From a virus (Duplodnaviria > Caudoviricetes): DNA of 64,000 nt. How positions within the stretch are numbered: position 1 is the first letter of the stretch; each line of letters opens with the position of its first letter. Under the pieces are notes generated by a model, which made no database searches, had not been told where the DNA came from, and saw only the letters and a program-made list of their open reading frames with translations. Below are positions 38,251 through 46,882 of this stretch, one piece after another. Location: the IMG/VR virus record IMGVR_UViG_3300031857_000001. One strand, 5' to 3'. The translations under genes were made by a program, and so were the position numbers.

Positions 38251-39036
38251 ATGAAAAAATTATTATTTCTTTTTCTACTTGGGATTTTAACAACAATGTC
38301 ATCGTTTGCCCAAGCGGATACTGTTAAAACAAAAGGGTTGTTCTTTAGACCCGCAAAAAAACAAAGTCCTTTTACAAGTGAGTTTGGATTATCAACATCA
38401 AATTTGTGGAGAGGTGTTGACGTGGGTAAACAACCCGTAATTAAAATGGTTGCTGATTACGAACCAGTTCAGTGGTTTACTTTGAATACTGAAGTTAATG
38501 CAGTATACAATCAATTTAGAGAGGGTTATGCTAACACAGTTAAAAATGCGGCTATGTTTAACATCCTAAACACATCTATCGGAGTTCAAGATATATATTT
38601 CAGTCAGAATACTCCTACTCAAATTGACACATCTTATTTCCACTATAATAAGAATACGACCAATCACTTCCTTGAGGCGGTGATAAAGTACAAGGGTGAT
38701 GCTAAATCAAGAATTGACTTCTTAACATCTTATGTGTTTTATCAAAACGAGTCATATAAGAAAGGAGCGTTGTATTTTGAAGCAACATATCACTTAGATT
38801 ACAATGCTGATTTATTCGTTGGTTATGTGACAGGAGAATCACAAGTTAACTTCCAAAAAGAAAACGGATTTACTAATGTGGGTGTTGTTTTAAAGAGAAC
38901 TTTATCATTCTCTAAGGGAACTGACGCAAATTCTCGTTTGACAATAATGGTAAATCCATTGTATAAAACAGTAATTGTGACAAATCCAAGTTTGGCTAAT
39001 AGACCAATAACTGCTAATTTACAGATATTGTTTTAA
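38251..39036 (+). CDS. putative outer-membrane beta-barrel (TorF-like porin)
   Basis: Signal ..SFA-Q; S.LWRG near N terminus; alternating beta-strand pattern; terminal Phe. Confidence 0.65.
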   Translation: MKKLLFLFLLGILTTMSSFAQADTVKTKGLFFRPAKKQSPFTSEFGLSTSNLWRGVDVGKQPVIKMVADYEPVQWFTLNTEVNAVYNQFREGYANTVKNAAMFNILNTSIGVQDIYFSQNTPTQIDTSYFHYNKNTTNHFLEAVIKYKGDAKSRIDFLTSYVFYQNESYKKGALYFEATYHLDYNADLFVGYVTGESQVNFQKENGFTNVGVVLKRTLSFSKGTDANSRLTIMVNPLYKTVIVTNPSLANRPITANLQILF

Positions 39037-39054
39037 TAAAAAATAAATCAATTT

Positions 39055-39082
39055 AAATGGGGACCTTGAGTCCCCATTTTTT
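39055..39082 (+). terminator. intrinsic terminator
   Basis: AAATGGGGAC/GTCCCCATTT + T run. Confidence 0.8.
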
Positions 39083-39199
39083 ATTTACCATGAAAAAATT
39101 ATCAAACATATTTCATTTTTTATCTTTTCATATTCCTTTTACTGTAATTTATTATATGAAAAAAATTACTAATAAGTTTTAAATATATTTATAATTGAT

Positions 39200-39589
39200 A
39201 TGAAAGTTATAGTTACTCATAGAAACTCAGGAATCCCACAGAAAGATTATAAATTGTTAGATTTGTTTATGAGATTCTTACAAAAACAGTTCCCACTTAA
39301 ACACGACCTGAAAGTTTTTTTTATTTCTGAAAGAACAGGAAAAATGACTACAGGTAGTAGGAATGATGAGAATGAAATTAAAATTTTAACAAAAGGAAGA
39401 ATTTATAGGGATATTCTAAGAACATTGGCACACGAGTGGGTTCACGAATATCAAAGAGACGTGTTAAAATGGAAACACGGACCGGACATAGGAGGTAGAA
39501 ATGAAGATATGGCAAATAGCGAGGCCGGGGCTCTCATGAAAATGTTTGAGAAAATATACCCCGACCTCGAAGATAAGATGTATGAGTGA
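39200..39589 (+). CDS. small HExxH metallopeptidase-like protein
   Basis: LRTLAHEWVHEYQ...EDMANSEA. Confidence 0.65.
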   Translation: MKVIVTHRNSGIPQKDYKLLDLFMRFLQKQFPLKHDLKVFFISERTGKMTTGSRNDENEIKILTKGRIYRDILRTLAHEWVHEYQRDVLKWKHGPDIGGRNEDMANSEAGALMKMFEKIYPDLEDKMYE

Positions 39590-40015
39590 TTAGTCTATGC
39601 TAACCAACTCCAAATCAAAGATGAGTTTCTTACCTGCCAAAGGATGATTTGCATCAACCATAGCTGATTTTTCATTCACTTCTTTAACAACTACCATTAC
39701 TGGACCACGCTCAGTCATCCCCTGTAGTTGGTCACCAACTTTAACATTTTCAGGAAGATTCTCAAGAGGTACTTCACTTACCATACCCTCAATAACTTGA
39801 CCGTATGCGTCTTCAGGAGCAATTTCAATAGTTCTTTTATCACCAATTGACATTCCCATCAAACCTGATTCAAAACCTTTGATTAATTGTCCTTGTCCCA
39901 ATACTGCGGCCAATGGTTCACGACCCTCAGTCAATGAAGAATCGAATACAGAACCGTCTTCCAAACGTCCTGTGTAGTTAACTTTTACGGAGTCACCGTT
40001 TTGTACTATTTTCAT
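39590..40015 (-). CDS. FKBP-type peptidyl-prolyl isomerase (SlyD/FkpB-like)
   Basis: V.VNYTGRL.DG.VFDSS, GQLIKGFE, PEDAYG, DANHPLAGK.L.FD. Confidence 0.92.
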   Translation of the reverse strand: MKIVQNGDSVKVNYTGRLEDGSVFDSSLTEGREPLAAVLGQGQLIKGFESGLMGMSIGDKRTIEIAPEDAYGQVIEGMVSEVPLENLPENVKVGDQLQGMTERGPVMVVVKEVNEKSAMVDANHPLAGKKLIFDLELVSID

Positions 40016-40148
40016 TTTATATGTTTTTACTAATTATAGGTGAAAAATCATAACTCATCAAATATTTTTTGTAAAAAAATTTTTTAATCATTTTTTTTAC
40101 TATATTTGTATAGTTATTATTATTAAATCATTAAATTTTAAGGTAAAA

Positions 40149-40325
40149 ATGTCAAACGAGAAATTTTTAGAGGAAATACTATACTCCGCACACAAAAGTG
40201 GGGTTTTTAGTCAATTTATGGAAGAAATTGATTCAAAAATTAAGTCAGGTGATAGTATCACAACTCATGACGCTGCCCCAAAAGTATATTATGAATTTAA
40301 AAACAGGGGTTTGATTCAAGATTGA
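40149..40325 (+). CDS. small hypothetical protein (58 aa)
   Basis: Manual translation MSNEKFLEEILYSAH...GLIQD*; TATATTTG at 40101. Confidence 0.55.
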   Translation: MSNEKFLEEILYSAHKSGVFSQFMEEIDSKIKSGDSITTHDAAPKVYYEFKNRGLIQD

Positions 40326-40597
40326 CTGACCAAATCGTAAGTTGCAACCAATGCGAACTTATCATGCTCAAAATTTGACCATTTTAAACTTTCCTCGATT
40401 AAAAAATTGAGACCATCCAACCTACTTTCTTCAAAAAGAGAGATGTCAGTCATAAAAAGTTTACAATCAATCAAATAATGTTTATTAACCGTACAAAATT
40501 TAACATGATTTATAATAATATAGCTGTCTTTACCGTATAAAGCCTCTAAATCTTTGGAAAAAACATAATTTAAGAGGACAGAAAGGCAAGTTTTCAT
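40316..40597 (-). CDS. hypothetical protein
   Basis: TATTTAT upstream; start moved to 40597. Confidence 0.55.
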   Translation of the reverse strand: MKTCLSVLLNYVFSKDLEALYGKDSYIIINHVKFCTVNKHYLIDCKLFMTDISLFEESRLDGLNFLIEESLKWSNFEHDKFALVATYDLVSQS

Positions 40598-40633
40598 ATA
40601 TTTTATAAATATAAACCTAATTTTACTAAAAGT

Positions 40634-40846
40634 ATGGATATTTTGATAGAGTTTCAATGGGTATTGTCGGTTTTAGAGTCCTGTGAGACTAGAAAACAGG
40701 TGAATTCTTCATTAAGACTATTTGAACAGTTTATAAAAAAGTGGGATTACGAAATTTCTGAAGAAATTAAGTTAAAATACATAAATAAATTTGAAGATTC
40801 AAAAAAAGACCAAATTTGTAAGATAGTTTCAGGTAAAAACGAATAA
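40634..40846 (+). CDS. hypothetical protein
   Basis: ORF track. Confidence 0.5.
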   Translation: MDILIEFQWVLSVLESCETRKQVNSSLRLFEQFIKKWDYEISEEIKLKYINKFEDSKKDQICKIVSGKNE

Positions 40847-41001
40847 AATTACTATTTTTGACCTTAAAATTGACATATTTTTGATTTTTAGGTATATTTA
40901 TCAAAACTATCACTCTCATCTGAGAGCCTATATATAGAAAAAGGGACTTAAATTTTGTTAAGTCCCTTTTTTCATTAAAAAACTTGTCGTATATTTGTAC
41001 T

Positions 41002-41241
41002 ATGAAAGCAAAACTTGAATTTAACTTAGACGATTTTGATGACCGAATAGCCCATGAAAGATGTGTTAAGGCAACTGACATGGCGTTTGTACTTTGGGAA
41101 CTAACCCATAATTCTTATCGCAGTATAACCAATGGTTATGGTGAAGATGATGGTTTTCATAAGGGAGTTGATGCCGTTTATGATAAACTTCGCGAACTTT
41201 TGGAAGAAAACGGTATACACCCTGATAAATTAATCGTATGA
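41002..41241 (+). CDS. phage hypothetical protein
   Basis: MKAKLEFNL; TATATTTG at 40990; start moved to 41002. Confidence 0.65.
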   Translation: MKAKLEFNLDDFDDRIAHERCVKATDMAFVLWELTHNSYRSITNGYGEDDGFHKGVDAVYDKLRELLEENGIHPDKLIV

Positions 41242-41313
41242 AAAAGTTTTGGAAGAAAGTTGTTGAATTTTTTAAAATAGTTTCAGAAGGAATAGATAAA
41301 ACACAATATAAAA

Positions 41314-41832
41314 ATGGCTGGGGTAAACTTTAATAACATAACATATCCGTTCAGGAGATTTTTCAGGAAGATAAAGAATGTTTTTCGATGGCTTCCTACA
41401 ATTTGGAAAGATGAAGACTATGATAACCACTTCATTGTTGAAATCTTAATCAAAAAACTTGAGCATACTAGAGATTTCTTTTTGTCTGACAGGACACACA
41501 TCACGGAGGCAAAAAAAGTCGCTGAAGAAATTCAAGAAGCGATTGATAGACTTCATATGACCCGTGATAGTTGGGAATTCTATGAGGAACAGGCTCATGA
41601 AATAATAACAGAAAAGTGGGGTGAGAGTAAATTCAACTGGACACCAACTAATGATGGAACCGGCTCCATGTATTTGGATATTGAGCATGAGAATGTAAAA
41701 ACTCCTGAAGATAAGGAACAATACTCAAAAGAATTCAGAGCGGCACTGAAAAGTGCCAAAAAGGAATACATGAAAGATAAAAAAGAAGCATATAAATTTA
41801 TCGCCAAACACATTGATGGTTGGTGGGACTAA
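41314..41832 (+). CDS. phage hypothetical protein
   Basis: W.PTIWKD.DYD..F...L.KKLE...GWWD. Confidence 0.65.
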   Translation: MAGVNFNNITYPFRRFFRKIKNVFRWLPTIWKDEDYDNHFIVEILIKKLEHTRDFFLSDRTHITEAKKVAEEIQEAIDRLHMTRDSWEFYEEQAHEIITEKWGESKFNWTPTNDGTGSMYLDIEHENVKTPEDKEQYSKEFRAALKSAKKEYMKDKKEAYKFIAKHIDGWWD

Positions 41833-41844
41833 AAAATTAAAATT

Positions 41845-42366
41845 ATGGAATGGTACATTGTAAGAGCACAAGCAAATCGTGAGAGAAAAGTCTCAGAAAG
41901 AATTTTAAAAGAAGCGGACAAAGGGGAACTCAATGGAGTAATCGGAAGAGTTGTGGTTCCAATGGAAAAGGTTTTCGCAACAAAAGATGGTAAAAAAACA
42001 CAACGAGAAAAAGTTCTATTTCCTGGTTACGTTTTTGTTGAAACATCTGCAATTGGAGAATTAAAACAAGTTGTTAAAAAAATTGACGGAGCGACAGGTT
42101 TGTTGTCTGATAGAGCTGGAAATATTCAAATCGTATCAGACCAAGAAGTAAACCGAATGATTGGTCTACACGAGGAAAACAAAACAAAAAGTTTTTCAGA
42201 CATATTCAGTGTTGGAGATGAAGTTACCGTAACTGAAGGTCCGTTCACATCCTTTAAGGGGAACATTGAATTTATTGATAAAGAAAAAGGTAAACTTAAA
42301 GTAAATGTTCTTATATTTGGCAGACCAACATCTGTTGAATTAGAGGACACCCAAGTAAGAAAATGA
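41845..42366 (+). CDS. nusG: transcription termination/antitermination factor NusG
   Basis: WY.V......E..V, LFPGYVFVE NGN domain; GD.V.V.EGPF..F.G.I..ID.EK.KLKV.V.IFGR.T.VEL KOW domain. Confidence 0.95.
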   Translation: MEWYIVRAQANRERKVSERILKEADKGELNGVIGRVVVPMEKVFATKDGKKTQREKVLFPGYVFVETSAIGELKQVVKKIDGATGLLSDRAGNIQIVSDQEVNRMIGLHEENKTKSFSDIFSVGDEVTVTEGPFTSFKGNIEFIDKEKGKLKVNVLIFGRPTSVELEDTQVRK

Positions 42367-43052
42367 AAATAACACTCATCAGCGATACTCATAACAAACA
42401 CAAACAGGTAACAAGTTCTTTACCTGGCGGTGATTTATTGATTCATGCTGGTGATATATCATCAAGGGGTTATAAGCATGAAATCCAAGAATTCTGTAAG
42501 TGGTTTAACAGTTTGGATAATTATACTGTAAAGGTATTCATCGCTGGAAACCACGACTTTGGATTTCAAACAGAACCTAAAATGGCGAAAGAGATTGTTG
42601 GTTCCTACAAGTGGATTGATTATCTCCAAGATAATTTTTTGGGTTACGGAGTTGATACTGAAAATTATGTAAAAATTTATGGTAGTCCTTGGCAACCTGA
42701 ATTTAATGGTTGGGCGTTTAACCTACCAAAAGATGGGTGGGAACTTAAACAAGCTTGGGATGAAATACCGGATGATATTGATATACTTGTAACTCACGGG
42801 CCAGCATTTGGTTATTTGGATACAATTATGGGTCAGTATGATAATCTTGGATGTGAATTACTGACAAAGAGAATTAAAACAATTAAACCCAAAATTCATG
42901 TCTGCGGACATATACATTCGGGGTATGGTTATGTTTTTGATGGTGATACTCACTTCATTAATGCTTCCGTTTTAGATGAACAGTATCAATACACCCAAAA
43001 ACCACTAACAGTAGAATGGGACCCTGTAACGAATAAGTTGGAGTTTATTTAA
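42363..43052 (+). CDS. metallophosphoesterase (MPPED/239FB-like)
   Basis: ISDTH, GDLLIHAGD, IAGNHD, YGSPWQP, DILVTHGP, GHIH. Confidence 0.88.
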   Translation: MKITLISDTHNKHKQVTSSLPGGDLLIHAGDISSRGYKHEIQEFCKWFNSLDNYTVKVFIAGNHDFGFQTEPKMAKEIVGSYKWIDYLQDNFLGYGVDTENYVKIYGSPWQPEFNGWAFNLPKDGWELKQAWDEIPDDIDILVTHGPAFGYLDTIMGQYDNLGCELLTKRIKTIKPKIHVCGHIHSGYGYVFDGDTHFINASVLDEQYQYTQKPLTVEWDPVTNKLEFI

Positions 43053-43056
43053 TTTG

Positions 43057-43084
43057 AAACCCGTCGAATTTGGCGGGTTTTTTT
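43057..43084 (+). terminator. intrinsic terminator
   Basis: AAACCCGTC/GGCGGGTTT + T run. Confidence 0.8.
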
Positions 43085-43147
43085 ATTGGGGTAAAATTAT
43101 AGTAAATCGAAAAATTTTATCAAGAGTTTAATGATATTTATCAGAGT

Positions 43148-44740
43148 ATGGATAGAAAAATCAAAATACTCATTTCGTTGTCATTCGTCATAATGTTGGT
43201 GTTCTTCGTCGTTAAAACTGCGGTTTTAGTTGAACTTACCCCAAGCACAAGATTAACAAGAGGAACAGAATATGTTTGTTTTTTATTCTTTATCCCCGTT
43301 TTTTTCAGTTTGATTAGACACTACATTAAAACTAGTAGATTATATAATAAATTTAAAGAATTTGAGAAGTTTGTTGACACATCTGTATTAGTTAGTAAAG
43401 CCGATAAGAATGGTAAGATAACATATGTTAACAAAAAATTCAGTGAAGTATCTGGATGGAGCTTAGAAGAGGCCATTGGAAAAGACCACAAAATAGTTAA
43501 TTCAGGGTACCACCCCAAAGAGATGTGGCAAGAAATGTATAAAACCACAATCGTAGATAAACAAATTTGGAATAAAGTTGTAACCAATATTTCAAAAGAC
43601 GGACATTTATATTGGGTTGATTCATATATTAAAGCCGAGTTCAGAGGAAATGGAGAACTAAAAGGATTTACATCATTAAGGTATGATGTCTCAGATGTTA
43701 AGAAAAAAGAACTTGAGATTAGAAATAGAATGAATGCTATTAACCAATCCAATGCAGTTATTGAGTTTGATTTAACCGGTACTATAATGTATGCTAACAA
43801 AAATTTCTGTGATGTTATGGGATATGATATGGAAGAAATTACAGGAAAACACCACAGAATATTTTTAACTGAGGATTATTCAAATTCAGTTGAATACAAA
43901 GAATTTTGGGATAAGTTAAAGGGTGGTAATTTCATATCTGCTCAATTTACAAGGATTAAAAAGAATGGGGATGAAATTTGGTTACAAGCCACATATAACC
44001 CAATCTTTGATAATGATAATAAAGTTATCAGAATTATGAAAATAGCGATTGATATTACTGATAAAGTTTTACAATCCCAAGAGATAGAGAAGAAAAACAC
44101 TTATCTGGAACATGCTGCCAAGATATTAAGACACGATATGCACTCAGGTATTAACACTTATATGCCAAGAGGTTTAAGTTCTTTGGAAAGAAGATTGAAA
44201 GTTGAAGATATTGAAAATTTGAAAATCGAGGCTCCGATTAAAATGATTAAGGAGGGTTTAAGACACTCACAAAAGGTTTATAAAGGAGTTTATGAATTTA
44301 CAAATTTGGTTAAAAAAGATGTGGTGTTAAATAAAGCTGAATGTGATTTAAGAGAGATACTAAATGATTACTTATCATCAACGGCTTATCATAGTCAGGT
44401 TATAATTGAAGAGTTACCAACCATAGAAGTTAATGAAGCGTTGTTCTGTACGGCGATAGACAACTTAATTAGAAATGGATTGAAGTATAATGACTCAGAA
44501 TCAAAATTTGTAAAAATATATATGGAAGGTGATAACCTTATAGTCCAAGATAATGGAAGAGGTATTGACCAAGAAGATTTTGACCATTTATCAAAACCAT
44601 ATACAAGAAAAGAAGGACAAAAAGAATCAGGAACCGGACTCGGATTAAACATATGTGTTGCAATATTGCAAGAGCACAAGTTTTTGGTAAGATGTGAGAA
44701 AAATGAGATAGGAACTAAACTGAAAATAAAAATAAAATAA
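43148..44740 (+). CDS. membrane PAS-PAS sensor histidine kinase
   Basis: Two TM helices, two PAS/PAC domains, H-box LRHDM, N-box LIRNGLKYN, QDNGRGI, GTGLGL. Confidence 0.92.
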   Translation: MDRKIKILISLSFVIMLVFFVVKTAVLVELTPSTRLTRGTEYVCFLFFIPVFFSLIRHYIKTSRLYNKFKEFEKFVDTSVLVSKADKNGKITYVNKKFSEVSGWSLEEAIGKDHKIVNSGYHPKEMWQEMYKTTIVDKQIWNKVVTNISKDGHLYWVDSYIKAEFRGNGELKGFTSLRYDVSDVKKKELEIRNRMNAINQSNAVIEFDLTGTIMYANKNFCDVMGYDMEEITGKHHRIFLTEDYSNSVEYKEFWDKLKGGNFISAQFTRIKKNGDEIWLQATYNPIFDNDNKVIRIMKIAIDITDKVLQSQEIEKKNTYLEHAAKILRHDMHSGINTYMPRGLSSLERRLKVEDIENLKIEAPIKMIKEGLRHSQKVYKGVYEFTNLVKKDVVLNKAECDLREILNDYLSSTAYHSQVIIEELPTIEVNEALFCTAIDNLIRNGLKYNDSESKFVKIYMEGDNLIVQDNGRGIDQEDFDHLSKPYTRKEGQKESGTGLGLNICVAILQEHKFLVRCEKNEIGTKLKIKIK

Positions 44741-44748
44741 AAAAAACT

Positions 44749-45180
44749 ATGATTGATTCTATTTTACTTGTAGATGACGAGGATTTATTCCATTTAGTGT
44801 TTGAGGACAGTTGTTCTCTTTTAGATATAACATTATCTTTAAAAAGTTTAAATAGTTCAGATGAAGCCGCCAAATTATTTGAAAAATGGCAATCAAACAA
44901 GGCAGATAAACCTGAATGTGTATTTGTTGACTTGAATATTATCGGGTCTTCATTTGATGGTATTGAGCTTATTAGAAAGATTAACTTTGAATATGGTAAT
45001 AATGTTGTAATCGGAATTATTTCATCTTCAAATGAACCTGAGGAGCAGGCAAAGGCAATTCAGTCAGGGGCTCAATTTTGGATTATAAAATCAGACGAGA
45101 TTGAACCAAGATTAGAGGAGTTTAAGAAAGATTATGAAGGTTACAAAAACAGAACCGCTCCGTTTAAAATTTACAAATGA
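44749..45180 (+). CDS. single-domain response regulator (receiver only)
   Basis: ILLVDD, VFVDLN (phospho-Asp), DGIELI, ISSS, IIKS. Confidence 0.9.
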   Translation: MIDSILLVDDEDLFHLVFEDSCSLLDITLSLKSLNSSDEAAKLFEKWQSNKADKPECVFVDLNIIGSSFDGIELIRKINFEYGNNVVIGIISSSNEPEEQAKAIQSGAQFWIIKSDEIEPRLEEFKKDYEGYKNRTAPFKIYK

Positions 45181-45866
45181 TAAAATTAACCCCTGAAATA
45201 CAGAAAGAATTAATTACCTTATCCGAAAACAAAAACTTATTTTTGGAAGGGAATATTGTTAAGGTAATTAATTCTGATGGGGATGATGATTTTAAAGAAT
45301 ACCTTAAAAAGTGTGGGGAAAAGGATGTTGCAAATAGAAAAAAGAGACTTGATATAACCAAACAAATCCAAACCCAAAATAAAGAATTATCTGATTTAAA
45401 CTCCCAAAACCAAAAAATATTAGAAGAACTCCAAACTACATTAAAGGAAGTAGAAGAATCCAAATTAACATTTGAAGTTCAAAACAGAGAACTAAACGAG
45501 TGGAAACTGGATAATTTGAGGTTAACGGAAGAATTAAAGGTGGAGATGGTTAAATCCGAACAAGCAAGGGTTGAGGCTGAAAAGGCAAAACAACATGCCG
45601 AAAATGATTTGGATGTGTTACAAAAGAAAACTCAATTTGAGTTAATAAATACAATTGTAAGAGTTGCGTTGATTGTAATTATTGGAGTTGGGATAGTTAC
45701 CACGGCATTATATTCTGTGGCATTATTCACAGGTCAAGATACACAAATAATTGGGTCAACTTGGAGCAATATGTTTGGTATATTATTAACAAACGCATTT
45801 AGTATTGTCGGAACAATAATGGGTGTTAAGTACGCATCTGAAAAGCCAAAAAAAGGGGGTCAATGA
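45177..45866 (+). CDS. coiled-coil protein with two C-terminal TM helices
   Basis: ATGA overlap with the regulator; heptad-rich N-terminus; two hydrophobic segments. Confidence 0.75.
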   Translation: MIKLTPEIQKELITLSENKNLFLEGNIVKVINSDGDDDFKEYLKKCGEKDVANRKKRLDITKQIQTQNKELSDLNSQNQKILEELQTTLKEVEESKLTFEVQNRELNEWKLDNLRLTEELKVEMVKSEQARVEAEKAKQHAENDLDVLQKKTQFELINTIVRVALIVIIGVGIVTTALYSVALFTGQDTQIIGSTWSNMFGILLTNAFSIVGTIMGVKYASEKPKKGGQ

Positions 45867-45877
45867 CCCCCCATTTT
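45851..45877. terminator. bidirectional terminator between convergent genes
   Basis: GGGGGTCA/TGACCCCC stem flanked by A and T runs. Confidence 0.7.
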
Positions 45878-45880
45878 CAT

Positions 45881-46738
45881 TTAAAATTTCTGTAAATCAC
45901 CATAATTCATGTGTAATTCAGCATGTTCATCTTTCATCATTTGGTAAGCTCTTGCAAGACGAGTCAAACCGATACCACCACCAAATCTTTTAAAGAATTT
46001 GTGAGATAAAAACTCCTCAAGTTCCTTCTCAACTCGCTCTTTTCCAAATAATTCAAACAATTTGTTAGAATATCCGCCATTTTCGATGGTATAAAACATT
46101 TCTCTCATTTCATCAACGTCACAACTTCTTTCAGCAGAGCCAATAGTTTCTTGACCATAAAGAATAACATCAATTTTGTTAAATTTGTCATTCTGACCTG
46201 ACTTCATATTCCAAAATGGGTTAGTCCTGAGTGGGAAATTTTGTAGAGATACAACACAACCTTTTTCTTTCCACATTCTTGACTCATGTTCGTTTTCCAA
46301 AATCTTAACTCCACCGTATTCGCTACAAACATCATCGTAATTTACTTCGACTGGGGTGTCAAAACCTAAAAACGTTAAAAGTTCCAATTCCAATCTTTTT
46401 AATTCTTCCATTCCACCTTTTGATTCAAACTCAAACATGGGAAAGATTAATTCGTGACGACCAGGGATTGGGTCTTTTTCTTGACGATAAGAAGTTGAGA
46501 TACAGAACACACCTGGCCACTCAGGATTCTTTAATAGTTCATACTCCAACCACATCTGACCTGTTTGGGGTAACGGCCAAATCTCACCTTTATACTCAAA
46601 TGTGGTGATTGAGTGTGGATTCTCACATGCCGCAAGAATTGATAGTCTTGATTGAGTAGGAACCTCAATAAAACCTTTGTTTAGGAAAAAAGTCCTCATT
46701 TTTTGGACCAACTCGTGATAAATTTTTGTGTTTTTCAT
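45881..46738 (-). CDS. class II Asn/Asp-tRNA-synthetase-like catalytic domain without anticodon-binding domain (probable asparagine synthetase, archaeal AsnA type)
   Basis: Motif 1 RTFF...GFIEVPT, motif 2 SYRQE...RH...F.MFEFE, motif 3 GGGIGLTRL; only 285 aa. Confidence 0.75.
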   Translation of the reverse strand: MKNTKIYHELVQKMRTFFLNKGFIEVPTQSRLSILAACENPHSITTFEYKGEIWPLPQTGQMWLEYELLKNPEWPGVFCISTSYRQEKDPIPGRHELIFPMFEFESKGGMEELKRLELELLTFLGFDTPVEVNYDDVCSEYGGVKILENEHESRMWKEKGCVVSLQNFPLRTNPFWNMKSGQNDKFNKIDVILYGQETIGSAERSCDVDEMREMFYTIENGGYSNKLFELFGKERVEKELEEFLSHKFFKRFGGGIGLTRLARAYQMMKDEHAELHMNYGDLQKF

Positions 46739-46751
46739 ATAACTTTTGGGT

Positions 46752-46777
46752 AAAAAAAAACCTCCCGAAGGAGGTTT
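46752..46777 (-). terminator. attenuator-like terminator in the 5' leader of the AsnRS-like gene
   Basis: Minus strand AAACCUCC-UUCG-GGAGG followed by a U9 tract, ending 13 nt before ATG 46738. Confidence 0.85.
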
Positions 46778-46781
46778 ACGT

Positions 46782-46811
46782 TTATTTATTATTTATTAAA
46801 TTGTTTATCAT
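46782..46811 (-). CDS. putative Asn-rich leader peptide MINNLINNK
   Basis: ATG ATA AAC AAT TTA ATA AAT AAT AAA TAA; TATTTAT 6 nt upstream; stop 4 nt before the terminator. Confidence 0.65.
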   Translation of the reverse strand: MINNLINNK

Positions 46812-46882
46812 TTTGATATAAATACGGCACAAAGTTGAAAAATAAATAGGTTTTTTAATTTTTTTTTGTAGTATTTATAGAT

